Positions 1-9,900 of a stretch of DNA of 64,000 bases are shown here, piece after piece. Both the position numbers and the translations under genes were made by a program. Numbering within the stretch: the stretch's first letter is position 1; the number at the start of each line of letters is the position of its first letter. The DNA comes from Nitrosopumilaceae archaeon (lineage in GTDB: Archaea > Thermoproteota > Nitrososphaeria > Nitrososphaerales > Nitrosopumilaceae): assembly GCA_965209085.1 (NCBI GenBank), contig OZ242376.1, positions 160,001 to 224,000 on the forward strand, given 5' to 3'. A model generated the notes under the pieces. It searched no databases. It was not told the origin of the DNA and worked only from the letters and a program-made list of their open reading frames with translations.

Positions 1-115
1 AAATTTTTACATATTAGACTTCATGCATAATGGGCCAAATTCACAATTTTTACGAATAAAAATGACTGATTTTAATGATTATGCGTGAGGTCTATTGTGC
101 ATAGCTTTTATTTGA

Positions 116-1294
116 GTGCTTTTGAATTCATTTATGCACCAGAACAGAGTTTTAATTCTAACCCTACTAGCCGTCACTTCAATAATGGTTCCACTATACG
201 CTTCAGCTCAATCCGAAAACATGGTGGCAACAGTTGAAACAAAATCCGGAAACTTTGTAATAGAATTTTTCCCTGATGTTGCTCCCTCTCACGTAAATAA
301 TTTCATCACATTATCTAAAGATGGATATTATGACGGAACCGTCTTCCATCGTGTCATAAATGGATTTATGATACAGGGAGGTGATCCAAATACAAAAGAT
401 CCAGAATTAATTTCACTTTGGGGTACAGGAGGACCGGGTTATTCTGTTAATGCGGAATTTAACGATATATCCCATGAAAGAGGTATTGTATCGATGGCTA
501 GATCACAGGATCCAAACAGTGCCGGTTCACAATTCTTTATTATACACGGAGATGCAAGTTTCTTAGATGGTTATTATACAGTTTTTGGCAAAATAGTTGG
601 TGATGAAAGTTTTACAACATTGGATAAAATAGCAAACATGGAGACTTCACTTAATGATGTACCTGTAGATTGGCAGAACACTGAGATTATTTCAATCACA
701 TTTGATAAAACAATATTTGATAAAACAATATTTGATGAAACAATATTTGATGAAACAATATTTGATGAAACAATGTTTGATGAAACAATATTTGATGAAA
801 CAATGCCTGATGAAACAATATTTGATGAAACAATGCCTGATGAAACAATATTTGATGAAACAATGCCTGATGAAACAATGCCTGGTGGCGGTGGATGTCT
901 TATAGCTACTGCGGCATTTGGATCCGAAATGGCACCCCAGGTTCAAAATCTAAGAGAAATTCGCGACAACATAGTACTAGAAACCGAATCTGGAAGGACG
1001 TTCATGACATCGTTTAACCATATCTATTACGCATTTTCTCCTACAGTGGCTGATTTGGAACGTGAAAATCCAATAGTGAGAGACATCATTCAGATTACAA
1101 TAACTCCGATGATTGTATCCCTCACAATGCTTGAAAATATAGAAATTAATTCAGAGGCAACAATGATCAGCTATGGAATGTTGGTAATACTAGTTAATAT
1201 TTTCATGTATGTGGGAATCCCACTGACCGTATTGTACATTCTAAAACAATATTTTACAAGCATATCAAAAAATAAAAAATACATTGCCGCTTGA
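116..1294 (+). CDS. Exported cyclophilin-type peptidyl-prolyl cis-trans isomerase with repeat linker and CFI-box-CTERM domain
   Basis: FHRVINGFMIQGGDP and SMARSQDPNSAGSQFFI cyclophilin motifs; signal-peptide-like N-terminus (ATG at 134 is a likely start); GGGCLIATAAFGSEMAPQVQNLREIRD followed by a C-terminal TM helix. Confidence 0.92.
   Translation: MLLNSFMHQNRVLILTLLAVTSIMVPLYASAQSENMVATVETKSGNFVIEFFPDVAPSHVNNFITLSKDGYYDGTVFHRVINGFMIQGGDPNTKDPELISLWGTGGPGYSVNAEFNDISHERGIVSMARSQDPNSAGSQFFIIHGDASFLDGYYTVFGKIVGDESFTTLDKIANMETSLNDVPVDWQNTEIISITFDKTIFDKTIFDETIFDETIFDETMFDETIFDETMPDETIFDETMPDETIFDETMPDETMPGGGGCLIATAAFGSEMAPQVQNLREIRDNIVLETESGRTFMTSFNHIYYAFSPTVADLERENPIVRDIIQITITPMIVSLTMLENIEINSEATMISYGMLVILVNIFMYVGIPLTVLYILKQYFTSISKNKKYIAA
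701..880 (+). repeat. In-frame 15-bp tandem repeat, 12 units, consensus TTTGATGAAACAATA, encoding [F/P]D[E/K]T[I/M]
   Basis: Directly visible; later units alternate FDETM/PDETI as a 30-bp higher-order repeat. Confidence 0.98.
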
Positions 1295-1309
1295 ATCAAT
1301 CAGTAAAGT

Positions 1310-1963
1310 TCAACCAATTTCGGATCGTATAACATCATATGCTTTTGACGCATCTTTACGATTAAATGTTATAATCATATTTTCTTGACTAAAATATGCG
1401 TCAACAAATTCTATGCCGTTAATATGTAGCAATCCTATGACGTATGATCCAACATCAGCTCTGCTTTCTTCGGATACGGTTATTTTTATCCGTACCAATC
1501 TATTGTCTGATAAATCCATTGTATTGGGAATTGACTCAAGTAATTTCCGTACACTTTCCATATCTTCGGTCAGTATTCTAAACGATCCTGGAATTTTTAT
1601 AAGATCATACTCTTGAGTTATCTGTGTAAATTTTTCTAAAAAATCAGTCAAGTCACTACCCGTAGCATCCTGTTCAAGATTTATGTCCATCATGCTTTCC
1701 GTCAAAGACAGACGTGCATTTTTCAACAAGGTTTCATCATGCAGATCTTTTTTTTGTTCAAATGAATCTGCATATCTTTTGATGGCTACTACTATTGTAT
1801 TCAAATTTACTGATTTACCAATTTGACGTTCTATATCAGGCTGGATCTTTACTGCCAATGCAGTATAGTTTATGATGTCCATCTTCATACAGTCGTATAC
1901 TGAACGATTTCTAGTCACAATTTCACGAATTGCCTCCGTGACCGACAAACCCAACATTCTCAT
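1310..1963 (-). CDS. Conserved archaeal protein with C-terminal ACT-like domain (putative ligand-binding regulator)
   Basis: N-terminal DIINYTALAVKI...VVAIKRY signature and C-terminal LLHINGIEFV ACT-like segment. Confidence 0.7.
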   Translation of the reverse strand: MRMLGLSVTEAIREIVTRNRSVYDCMKMDIINYTALAVKIQPDIERQIGKSVNLNTIVVAIKRYADSFEQKKDLHDETLLKNARLSLTESMMDINLEQDATGSDLTDFLEKFTQITQEYDLIKIPGSFRILTEDMESVRKLLESIPNTMDLSDNRLVRIKITVSEESRADVGSYVIGLLHINGIEFVDAYFSQENMIITFNRKDASKAYDVIRSEIG

Positions 1964-2028
1964 ATCTTATTTATGATATGTCACTATATTATACCTATGT
2001 CATATCATTAATATATCAACATAAATAC

Positions 2029-2053
2029 TTATATTATGTAATATATATTACAT
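2029..2053 (+). promoter_or_regulatory. TATA box of hsp20-cdc48 followed by a perfect 18-bp palindrome (putative operator)
   Basis: TTATATT at 2029-2035, then ATGTAATATATATTACAT at 2036-2053, ending 12 nt before the hsp20 ATG. Confidence 0.55.
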
Positions 2054-2065
2054 TAGATAAGTAAT

Positions 2066-2551
2066 ATGACTATGTTTAACAATAAGGAACTTGACAAACT
2101 CTTCGAGGATATCACGAATCGCTTTTTTGGATCTGATGATATCCAAGAGACAGTCAAGGCAGGACATTTTGACGAACCGGTTTATTATGGTTATACAATG
2201 ACCGTCGGCCCGGATGGAAAACCTGTAGTAAAAGAATATGGGAATGTAAAACCCAATCGAACTGCAACTTTGGACAACACGTTAGTGGACATCATAGTGG
2301 ATGAGAAAAACGAACAGTTGAAACTGGTTGCAGAGATGCCAGGAGTTGAGAAAGAAGACATACGTGTAGTCGTAAATGGCAACATGGTGACCGTTGAGGC
2401 AGAACGTGACACAAAAAAATACAACGTATCTGTTCCAATTGAACACAAGGTAGTCAAAGACTCTGCTAAAGCGTCGTACAAAAATGGAATACTCGAAATG
2501 GTGTTTAAACTCACCAAACAATCCGAGGGTACCAAGGTGGAGGTAAACTAA
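2066..2551 (+). CDS. hsp20: Small heat shock protein (Hsp20)
   Basis: YYGYTMTVGPDGKPVVKEYGN, AEMPGVEKEDI and ASYKNGILE alpha-crystallin motifs. Confidence 0.95.
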   Translation: MTMFNNKELDKLFEDITNRFFGSDDIQETVKAGHFDEPVYYGYTMTVGPDGKPVVKEYGNVKPNRTATLDNTLVDIIVDEKNEQLKLVAEMPGVEKEDIRVVVNGNMVTVEAERDTKKYNVSVPIEHKVVKDSAKASYKNGILEMVFKLTKQSEGTKVEVN

Positions 2552-2569
2552 TCTCCACCATTTTATTTT

Positions 2570-4726
2570 ATGGTGATAAATATGGATGAAAAAATACAAT
2601 TATGGATAAATGAAATACATACTCAACATGTAGGCAGAGGCATTGCCATAGTGGATCCTAGTGTGATAAAAAAATATGGATGGCGCGCGGGACAAATACT
2701 TGAAATTGTAGGCAATAGAAAAACACATGCAAAACTTTGGCCTGGATCTATGGAAAATAATGATCTTGATTGCATAAGAATAGATGGAATTACAAGACAA
2801 AATGCTGGATCTGGCATTGGGGATAAAGTTCTAGTAAGATCAATCGAAGTAGTTTCAGCAGAACAAATAGTGTTGTCACCAACTGAAAAAGTGCAAACCG
2901 AAGGATTGCAAGAATATATGAAAGAAAATTTTCTAAACCACGTATTTACACCCGGCGATGCAGTATCTGCATTCACACAAATGGGTACAAAACTGCAGTT
3001 TGTTGTAACAACAACTACGCCTGCAAGTCCTGTCGTAGTCACGAATAAGACTGAATTCAAACAAGGAGGGCTGGTAAAATTATCCGACGCTCAGAGACCT
3101 AGAGTTACATACGATGATTTGGGCGGTCTAAAAGATGGCATTCAAAAAATACGCGAGATGGTCGAACTCCCAATGAGACATCCGGAAATTTTTGAAACCA
3201 TTGGAGTTGAAGCCCCAAAAGGTGTTTTATTGTATGGTCCACCCGGAACTGGTAAAACATTGCTTGCAAAAGCCGTAGCTGGAGAAACGAATACGCATTT
3301 TATTCAGATAAGTGGTCCTGAAATAATGGATAAGCATTATGGCGCAAGCGAAGAAAAAATCAGAGAAATATTTGAGCAAGCTGAAAAAAATTCCCCTTCA
3401 ATAATATTTATCGACGAAATAGATTCCATAGCTCCGAAAAGAGACGAAGTTACCGGTGAGGTTGAAAAAAGAATAGTTTCTCAGATACTTACCTTGATGG
3501 ATGGAATGAAAAACCGAGGCAAAGTGGTTGTTATTGCAGCTACAAACAGAATAGATTCCATAGATCCGGCTCTGCGAAGACCTGGAAGATTTGATCGGGA
3601 GATCGAAATAGGGGTTCCAGACAAAGATGGAAGAATGCAAATATTGGAAATACATACAAGAAACGTGCCGTTGGGAGACGATCTTGATCTTGCAAAAATT
3701 GCATCCGTCACTCATGGTTTTGTTGGCGCTGATCTACAATCATTGATTAAAGAAGCTGCAATGAAATCACTCCGACGTATATTACCAACTATTGATCTGG
3801 GCAGTGGAAAAATATCTCCAGAAAAACTCAAAGAAATTAAAATTACAAAACAGGACATGGATGAAGCAACAAAGGAAGCACATCCTTCAACCATGAGGGA
3901 AGTATTGGTGCAGATTCCAGAGACCAAATGGGAAGATGTGGGAGGACTTGATGCCTTGAAAAAAGAACTACTCGAAGCGATAGAATGGCCACTAAAACAT
4001 GCCAAAGAAGTGCAACATTTTGGGATAAAAACACCAAAAGGAGTGTTACTGCACGGACCTCCAGGAATGGGCAAGACGCTTATCGCAAAGGCTGTTGCTA
4101 GCACAACACAATCAAATTTTATCTCCATCAAGGGTCCAGAACTACTTTCTAAATGGGTGGGGGAATCAGAAAAAGGTGTACGCAAAGTGTTTCAAAAAGC
4201 AAGGCAAGTTGCTCCGTGTATTATCTTCTTTGATGAAATTGACTCATTGGTTCCAAAGAGAGGCAGTCACAACGGCAGCAACGTAACAGAAAACGTTGTC
4301 TCACAAATTCTCACAGAGATGGACGGATTAGAGGAGCTAAAAGGCGTATTGGTCATCGGTGCTACAAACAGATTGGACATGGTGGATCCAGCACTTTTAC
4401 GTCCAGGAAGATTTGACAGGATTGTTCAAGTATCGAAACCAGATGCAGCTGCACGTAAAAACATACTGCACATACATACGCGTGGTAAACCACTTGCAAA
4501 GAACGTTAATTTGGAAAAAATATCCGACACAACAGCTGACATGAGCGGAGCAGATTTGGAATTCATTGTAAATAAAGCGGCCGTAAGAGCATTAAAACGC
4601 CATATTTCTTCAACCGACAAGGAATCTAAACTCGGAGTGATCACACAAGAAGATCTTACACTCGCAGTCAAAGATGTAATTGGACTACCAATTAATGAAA
4701 AAAATTATTCAACCGGCGTGGCGTAA
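2570..4726 (+). CDS. cdc48: CDC48/VAT family AAA+ ATPase
   Basis: Two AAA modules ([16 protein letters not shown]; IIFIDEID; [10 protein letters not shown]) after an N domain. Confidence 0.97.
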   Translation: MVINMDEKIQLWINEIHTQHVGRGIAIVDPSVIKKYGWRAGQILEIVGNRKTHAKLWPGSMENNDLDCIRIDGITRQNAGSGIGDKVLVRSIEVVSAEQIVLSPTEKVQTEGLQEYMKENFLNHVFTPGDAVSAFTQMGTKLQFVVTTTTPASPVVVTNKTEFKQGGLVKLSDAQRPRVTYDDLGGLKDGIQKIREMVELPMRHPEIFETIGVEAPKGVLLYGPPGTGKTLLAKAVAGETNTHFIQISGPEIMDKHYGASEEKIREIFEQAEKNSPSIIFIDEIDSIAPKRDEVTGEVEKRIVSQILTLMDGMKNRGKVVVIAATNRIDSIDPALRRPGRFDREIEIGVPDKDGRMQILEIHTRNVPLGDDLDLAKIASVTHGFVGADLQSLIKEAAMKSLRRILPTIDLGSGKISPEKLKEIKITKQDMDEATKEAHPSTMREVLVQIPETKWEDVGGLDALKKELLEAIEWPLKHAKEVQHFGIKTPKGVLLHGPPGMGKTLIAKAVASTTQSNFISIKGPELLSKWVGESEKGVRKVFQKARQVAPCIIFFDEIDSLVPKRGSHNGSNVTENVVSQILTEMDGLEELKGVLVIGATNRLDMVDPALLRPGRFDRIVQVSKPDAAARKNILHIHTRGKPLAKNVNLEKISDTTADMSGADLEFIVNKAAVRALKRHISSTDKESKLGVITQEDLTLAVKDVIGLPINEKNYSTGVA

Positions 4727-4737
4727 AATCTATATTT

Positions 4738-5040
4738 TTAATTTGATCGGGACTGAATTTCACGGTCTATCCTGTCAATATACATACGACTGTATTTTGT
4801 AAACATGCGTATTTTTTTCTGTGAAACGGCCATTGCACCTGGTCTGGAATTTACAAGCTCATCGGATTTTATTTGATATTTTTTTTCAGATTCTAGTTCG
4901 AAATTGGACATGTTCTGCAGACCAGATTCCATGGAATCTAATTCCAATTTGAACACCTCCTCCATTTTACCCATATCTGGCATGGCACCTATTACCATAC
5001 TTGCTTTTATCTTGCCAAAAACTTCCTGCCAGATGTCCAT
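4738..5040 (-). CDS. Hypothetical protein
   Basis: 100-aa ATG ORF filling the gap; no recognised motif. Confidence 0.65.
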   Translation of the reverse strand: MDIWQEVFGKIKASMVIGAMPDMGKMEEVFKLELDSMESGLQNMSNFELESEKKYQIKSDELVNSRPGAMAVSQKKIRMFTKYSRMYIDRIDREIQSRSN

Positions 5041-5096
5041 TTTATAGACTGAGAAATCTTAAATCATATAAATTCAGCACACGTTAGATATATGAT

Positions 5097-6016
5097 TGTG
5101 GTATCCCAAAAGTAGTATACCACTTACTTTGCATCATATTCCTCTCCTGTCTGCTCGTCAATAATCCTTTCGCCCGGTTCTGGCATCTTTCTTGCAAATG
5201 CCTGTACTGGCGTCTCTCTGTTTTCTGTATCCAATGACATGTGTGCTCTGTCCATGTTGTACCATTGCATGAACAAATCTATTGGATAGCTGACTCGCTG
5301 CATAATGCTCTCAAACTGGGGCAGCTTGTGCTGTATCTCCACATGAAGACGCTCAAGCTTGCCATTGGTCTGGGGATGATTCACGCGTGCCAAAATATGT
5401 TTTATGTCAAGATCAAGTTTCTTCTCAAATTTGAACAGACCTTTCTTTTTCATCTCTTATACATTGGCGTAAAACTGTGCACCATGATCAGTCATTACTG
5501 ATGCAGGTTTGCCGTGCTCTTGTATTGCCTTTTCTAAAACCAGTATGGCATTATCTGCAGTTGCGTGCTCAAATGTACCATATCCTGTAACAAAACGTGA
5601 GGCATCATCAAGATAGCACAGAAACCATCTACCATCATCTAGCAGTTTATAGTCAGTATGCCCACATGGAATTGGAATATCTGCGCTCATATCGAACCCA
5701 TTTGCGCTGTCTACTCTTTTTTGGCTGCTTTGAGATCAGATCATCGTCTATCAATATGCGGTGTATGGTATTGTGAGTGATATGTATGCCTGTATTTGAT
5801 TCGATGTCTTTTTCCAGATCAGTTGCCCCGTTGTGTTGTCTGCTGTGTGCATACAGCACTGCAGTGTTCTATGCGTCCTGTAAGGCTGTTGCAGTCTTCC
5901 CATTTGGGCAGGATATGATATTCTGCCCCTAGCATGCCTGTGAGTGAGACAGATACTATGTTTTTGAGCATCATGGTATCATGGGTTAGGGGGTATACTA
6001 CTTTTAGAATAATAGA
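5097..6016 (-). mobile_element. Decayed IS481-family insertion sequence (920 bp)
   Basis: Imperfect terminal inverted repeats TGTGGTATCCCAAAAGTAGTATACC (5097-5121) and GGTATACTACTTTTAGAATAATAGA (5992-6016) with a perfect 14-bp core; flanking 15-bp direct repeats at 5082-5096 and 6017-6031 (13/15 identical). Confidence 0.88.
5124..5930 (-). pseudogene. IS481-family DDE transposase pseudogene (frameshifts, stop codons, truncated N-terminus)
   Basis: Fragments in separate ORFs: KWVRYERRYSNSMW / HTDYK...YLDDASRFV...MTDHGAQF / ARVNHPQTNGKLER...WYNMDRAHMSL (integrase core); upstream boundary approximate. Confidence 0.9.
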
Positions 6017-6066
6017 TGTTAGATATACGATAAAAAGAAATATTGCCACAGATTTGATAACAAAAT

Positions 6067-7212
6067 ATGCGGGAAAGCAATTATGACATACTGGGAATAT
6101 CCGAAACTGCGTCAAAAAAAGAGATTCGTGAAGCATTTCGACGCCTTGCCTTATTGCACCATGCTGATAGGGGTGGAAACGAGGAAGAATTTAAGAAAAT
6201 AAAACAGTCATACGATGATATCAAACAGGGAAAAAAATATCCTGACAGCAGCGCGGAAAAAAAGCACAAATCGCGAGTTTACTCTGCAGACGATGAAGAT
6301 GAAACTAGATATCGGAACGCCATATTGGCAGAAGAGATCTCCGAACAAATGAAACTTGCTAGGGAATGGTCAGCTGCACTCTCCAGAGCCAATGCCACGG
6401 GCAGGCATCTTTTTGGATCAAAAGTTTTGGGTGAAATGGAATTTGAGAGAATGGCAAACGGTGCCATGTCTATAAAAGGAAATATAATGGCAGGCAATTT
6501 TGAATATGACGGTCCAGTCATTATACAAGGTAGCGTAACAAGTCCTACTTTTAGCGATGATAATTCAACAAAAATCACCGTAACAGGAGGAGATCTTACG
6601 TTTGTCAATCCACATAAACACAAATACAAAATTGAAAATGGCACAATGGTAACAGTAACAAATGGAAATGTAAAAGCGGGAAACATATTTGGTAAAAAAT
6701 ATCAAACACAGGATCCGGAAGGCAGAGTGGGATATTATGTAACAAAAGAACGTCGTACTACAGTAATGGCTCCAAACGGACATGTTATAGTGGAAAATTT
6801 GGTCAATACTGTACGCATTGATGCAGATATTGTAAGCGTGCTTAACATTGAAGATGATGTTACAATATCTGCACGTGAAATTAATATCTATGGAAACAAA
6901 ATAACATATGATGTGGTTTTCGAATTGAAAAAAAATGGCTCCATAAGATTCATGGAAAATTATTCTATTTTGAGTCTAAGTGATGATGCAACCATAAAGC
7001 TTGAAAACGGAAAAACGTTTCGATTGCGTGAACTAAAGATAAGAAAAATTGGGGACGTACCTTTGGAATTTTCCTTGAATGGACATAAAAATGATCCTGA
7101 TGGCAGTATGATTGGCAACGGTTTTGTTATAACATATGCAATGTTGGATAATTTTGAAAAACGTGCAAAAAGACCTTCAATTTGGAAAAAAATGTTTGGG
7201 AAAAAACATTAA
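6067..7212 (+). CDS. J-domain (DnaJ-like) protein with beta-rich C-terminal domain
   Basis: NYDILGIS...EIREAFRRLALLHHADRGG J-domain, with HPD replaced by HAD. Confidence 0.85.
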   Translation: MRESNYDILGISETASKKEIREAFRRLALLHHADRGGNEEEFKKIKQSYDDIKQGKKYPDSSAEKKHKSRVYSADDEDETRYRNAILAEEISEQMKLAREWSAALSRANATGRHLFGSKVLGEMEFERMANGAMSIKGNIMAGNFEYDGPVIIQGSVTSPTFSDDNSTKITVTGGDLTFVNPHKHKYKIENGTMVTVTNGNVKAGNIFGKKYQTQDPEGRVGYYVTKERRTTVMAPNGHVIVENLVNTVRIDADIVSVLNIEDDVTISAREINIYGNKITYDVVFELKKNGSIRFMENYSILSLSDDATIKLENGKTFRLRELKIRKIGDVPLEFSLNGHKNDPDGSMIGNGFVITYAMLDNFEKRAKRPSIWKKMFGKKH

Positions 7213-7246
7213 AGGAAAATAAAAAATAAATAATAAAGATAACTAA

Positions 7247-7546
7247 CTAGTCTACTAGTTCAGTCCAGCCTTTTACAAAAACAGAGTTTTTGTAGAGCGG
7301 AACCGGGTTACCTACAGTGAAGTCCATTGGACGCATCCAAAAGATGGCTTTGGTCGGGCAGACGCCAATGCATGCACCATCGGAGATACATCTCTCCGGA
7401 TAGAACACGAATGCTTTACCGCGTTTCCAGCCTTCTACTGGCTTTACTCTCAGAACGTCTGGACCCAGCGTGGTGCAAATTTCAACGCACAAGGCGCATC
7501 CGATGCACATCTGTTCACTAATGTCGGGTAGTATTGCTACTGGCAT
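7247..7546 (-). CDS. 4Fe-4S dicluster ferredoxin
   Basis: CIGCALCVEIC and CISDGACIGVCP motifs. Confidence 0.93.
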   Translation of the reverse strand: MPVAILPDISEQMCIGCALCVEICTTLGPDVLRVKPVEGWKRGKAFVFYPERCISDGACIGVCPTKAIFWMRPMDFTVGNPVPLYKNSVFVKGWTELVD

Positions 7547-7624
7547 GCATGTACCACGTTGTTGGCATTAATATAATTTACCATCAAACGGCGTATTATA
7601 ACGGCGTTTGAGCTGCCATTGATT

Positions 7625-8203
7625 CTAACATACAACAGAACCGATCGGATTATCTGAACGATCAAACATATCGGCTATCATATTGGCATCATTTTTTCGT
7701 AGGCATATTTTTGATCCCTGGTGAAGAATTTTACCAAGTGCAGGGGATAAAATCCATTTTTTTTTAACATGTGATGCCATACAGACGGTTAGAATGCTAG
7801 AGTCGGTGTTTTTGGCGGCAAATGCTAGCAACGAAATGCATGTATTTATCATTCTACCTGCTTCGTCCCCGTGCATACTGAAAAACCCATTTAGAGTATC
7901 TAGTATGACAAGATGTTTTCTTTTGGTTATTTCTGATGTGACAATTTTTATCACATCAACATAGTTTGAAAAATCCATCATGTGAACTTGAACATTGTCT
8001 GGTTTTTCGGCAAATCCGCCCTTTATGCAACCGCTGTACATCAAATCAAAATCAAGATAAAATATCGGAATTTTGGTTGTTCGAAGCGCTCTGAGTATAA
8101 AGGATGATTTTAGAAACGGTTCTTGACATATGACAGTACACAATCCATCATTTATCGCCATTCTATATGCATCCATGCTGTTGGCATGATTTTTATCCAA
8201 CAA
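7625..8203 (-). CDS. Degenerate RecA/KaiC-like P-loop fold protein
   Basis: FYLDFD strand and LVILDTLNG Walker-B-like motif; no Walker A; start uncertain. Confidence 0.55.
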   Translation of the reverse strand: MLDKNHANSMDAYRMAINDGLCTVICQEPFLKSSFILRALRTTKIPIFYLDFDLMYSGCIKGGFAEKPDNVQVHMMDFSNYVDVIKIVTSEITKRKHLVILDTLNGFFSMHGDEAGRMINTCISLLAFAAKNTDSSILTVCMASHVKKKWILSPALGKILHQGSKICLRKNDANMIADMFDRSDNPIGSVVC

Positions 8204-8229
8204 TAAGATACAGTACGTCCGTCATAATA

Positions 8230-8625
8230 ATGAATGCAAAAATTTCCTGCAGAGTAGAGGCAGACTGCCGCGTATACCCTTCAGAAAATAGAGAAAAAAT
8301 CCGTACGGCATTTGCTGAAATATTGCTAGAACCTAAAACAAAAATTGAAGGAAATACTGCAAGTGCTTTTTTTAATAATACCGAATGTCTTGAAAAAATA
8401 CGTACCGTAATTGAATCAAGAAAAAGTCAGAATTCATACAGAAAACGATTGATACGAAATACGCAAGAAAACAGATCATGGTTTTTACTTAACAAACAAG
8501 CAGCATACGCGGGAAAAATTGCATTGTGTGATGTGGATGATGATTCCCCATTAGGCGCGATCAGAATTACAATCGAATCCCCTGATCTTGAGGATTTGGT
8601 GGACTGGTTTGTCCCGTTTGTTTAA
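8230..8625 (+). CDS. UPF0201/DUF54 putative RNA-binding protein
   Basis: VYPSENREKI...LNKQAAYAGKI...SPLGAIRITI signature; start moved to ATG 8230. Confidence 0.85.
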   Translation: MNAKISCRVEADCRVYPSENREKIRTAFAEILLEPKTKIEGNTASAFFNNTECLEKIRTVIESRKSQNSYRKRLIRNTQENRSWFLLNKQAAYAGKIALCDVDDDSPLGAIRITIESPDLEDLVDWFVPFV

Positions 8626-8693
8626 AAAATTCTAGTGAATGGGTTTGAATTTTTCAGTTTTGCTATAAATACTGCAGTCTAGAATGCAATCAT

Positions 8694-9008
8694 ATGTTTT
8701 TGAACGCAAAACTGCTAATCGCAGGAGTAATTCTGATTGGTGGGGTAGTGCTCTTGCTCCCACAGAACGGAGTCATGGCATGGATTGAATCCGGCTCCAT
8801 GGATATGGTTGCAGATGATATGACATCTGTCAACATGGCAGTATCCGACAAAATAATTTCAGGTGTTAATGGATTAAACCATTCCATGATTTATTCATCA
8901 GAACAGCTCGCTATGATAATAAACAATGCAGGAGAACACATACAGACCGTACTTGATAAAATTAACGGATTTGAAAACAATCTTGACAAAGTATTTTCTA
9001 GAGAATAA
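8694..9008 (+). CDS. Hypothetical membrane-anchored protein
   Basis: N-terminal hydrophobic helix; ORF fills the gap. Confidence 0.6.
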   Translation: MFLNAKLLIAGVILIGGVVLLLPQNGVMAWIESGSMDMVADDMTSVNMAVSDKIISGVNGLNHSMIYSSEQLAMIINNAGEHIQTVLDKINGFENNLDKVFSRE

Positions 9009-9900
9009 ATTTAGACAAATCTTCTGCCATTAAAACCGATTCATGTATCTTTTTTGCTTCTTTTACCAGTTTTGTGGCGTCTGTATATCTAGAAGAGAAA
9101 TGTGTTAGTATCAGGGTCTTAACACCGGCGTTTTTTGCAAGTGTAGCAGCTTCTGCAGAGGTGGAATGCCCGGTTTTTTTTGCCCTCTCTTTGTGTTCAC
9201 TGCCAAAGGTTGAATCAAATACAAGATAGTCGCAATCCGCGAAAAATTTTTTCAGCATTACATTTGGTCTTGTATCGCCAGATATTCCGACCATTATCCC
9301 TTTTCTTGGATCTCCGGTCACCTCTGATGCAAGAACAGTTTTCCCTCCAACAGTCACATCCTGACCGTGCTGTAGTGCGTGCCAGTTTGCACCGCGTGGA
9401 ATTCCCAATTGTAGCGCTTTTTCCGGATAAAATTCTCCTAGTTTGTCGCATTCTTTGAACAGATATGCAAACGCCCTCACTCCGTGCTCTGAGCTGCATG
9501 CAACAACCGTGTATTCTTCTGTCTCTAATATCTGCCCGTTACCGGATATCTCAGAGATTGCAAGTGGAAATTTTGGAATGAATCCCAGCATCCTCATATT
9601 CTCAACCAAAAACTCTTCAAGTCCTGGAGGACCAAAAATTGTAACAAATTCATCCCTGCCCTGCAAGGACATGGTCTGCAATATGCCTAAAAGTCCCAGG
9701 CAGTGATCACCGTGCATATGTGTGATGAATATCCTAGTCTTTTTGTTCCACTTCAAACCTGCTTTTTGATACATGATCTGTGCACCTTCCCCTACATCAA
9801 AGATCAGCATTTCTGTTTCCGTGTTTAGGCATATACATGAGAGTCCTCTTTTTTGCGTTGGTCTAGCAGACGAGGTCCCCAAAAATACAAGTTCCATCAT
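8998..9900 (-). CDS. rnz: Ribonuclease Z
   Basis: FLGTSS, THMHGDHCLG, SGDTRP, GHST, LTHFSSRY motifs. Confidence 0.97.
   Translation of the reverse strand: MMELVFLGTSSARPTQKRGLSCICLNTETEMLIFDVGEGAQIMYQKAGLKWNKKTRIFITHMHGDHCLGLLGILQTMSLQGRDEFVTIFGPPGLEEFLVENMRMLGFIPKFPLAISEISGNGQILETEEYTVVACSSEHGVRAFAYLFKECDKLGEFYPEKALQLGIPRGANWHALQHGQDVTVGGKTVLASEVTGDPRKGIMVGISGDTRPNVMLKKFFADCDYLVFDSTFGSEHKERAKKTGHSTSAEAATLAKNAGVKTLILTHFSSRYTDATKLVKEAKKIHESVLMAEDLSKFIL

Noticed and set aside
701-880. Repeat array as a CRISPR
   Set aside because: Contiguous 15-bp units with no unique spacers, in frame within a CDS, and no cas genes in the window
692-946. Alternative-frame repeat ORFs (CFIKY, LFHQI, MKQYL)
   Set aside because: By-products of a stop-free 15-bp repeat
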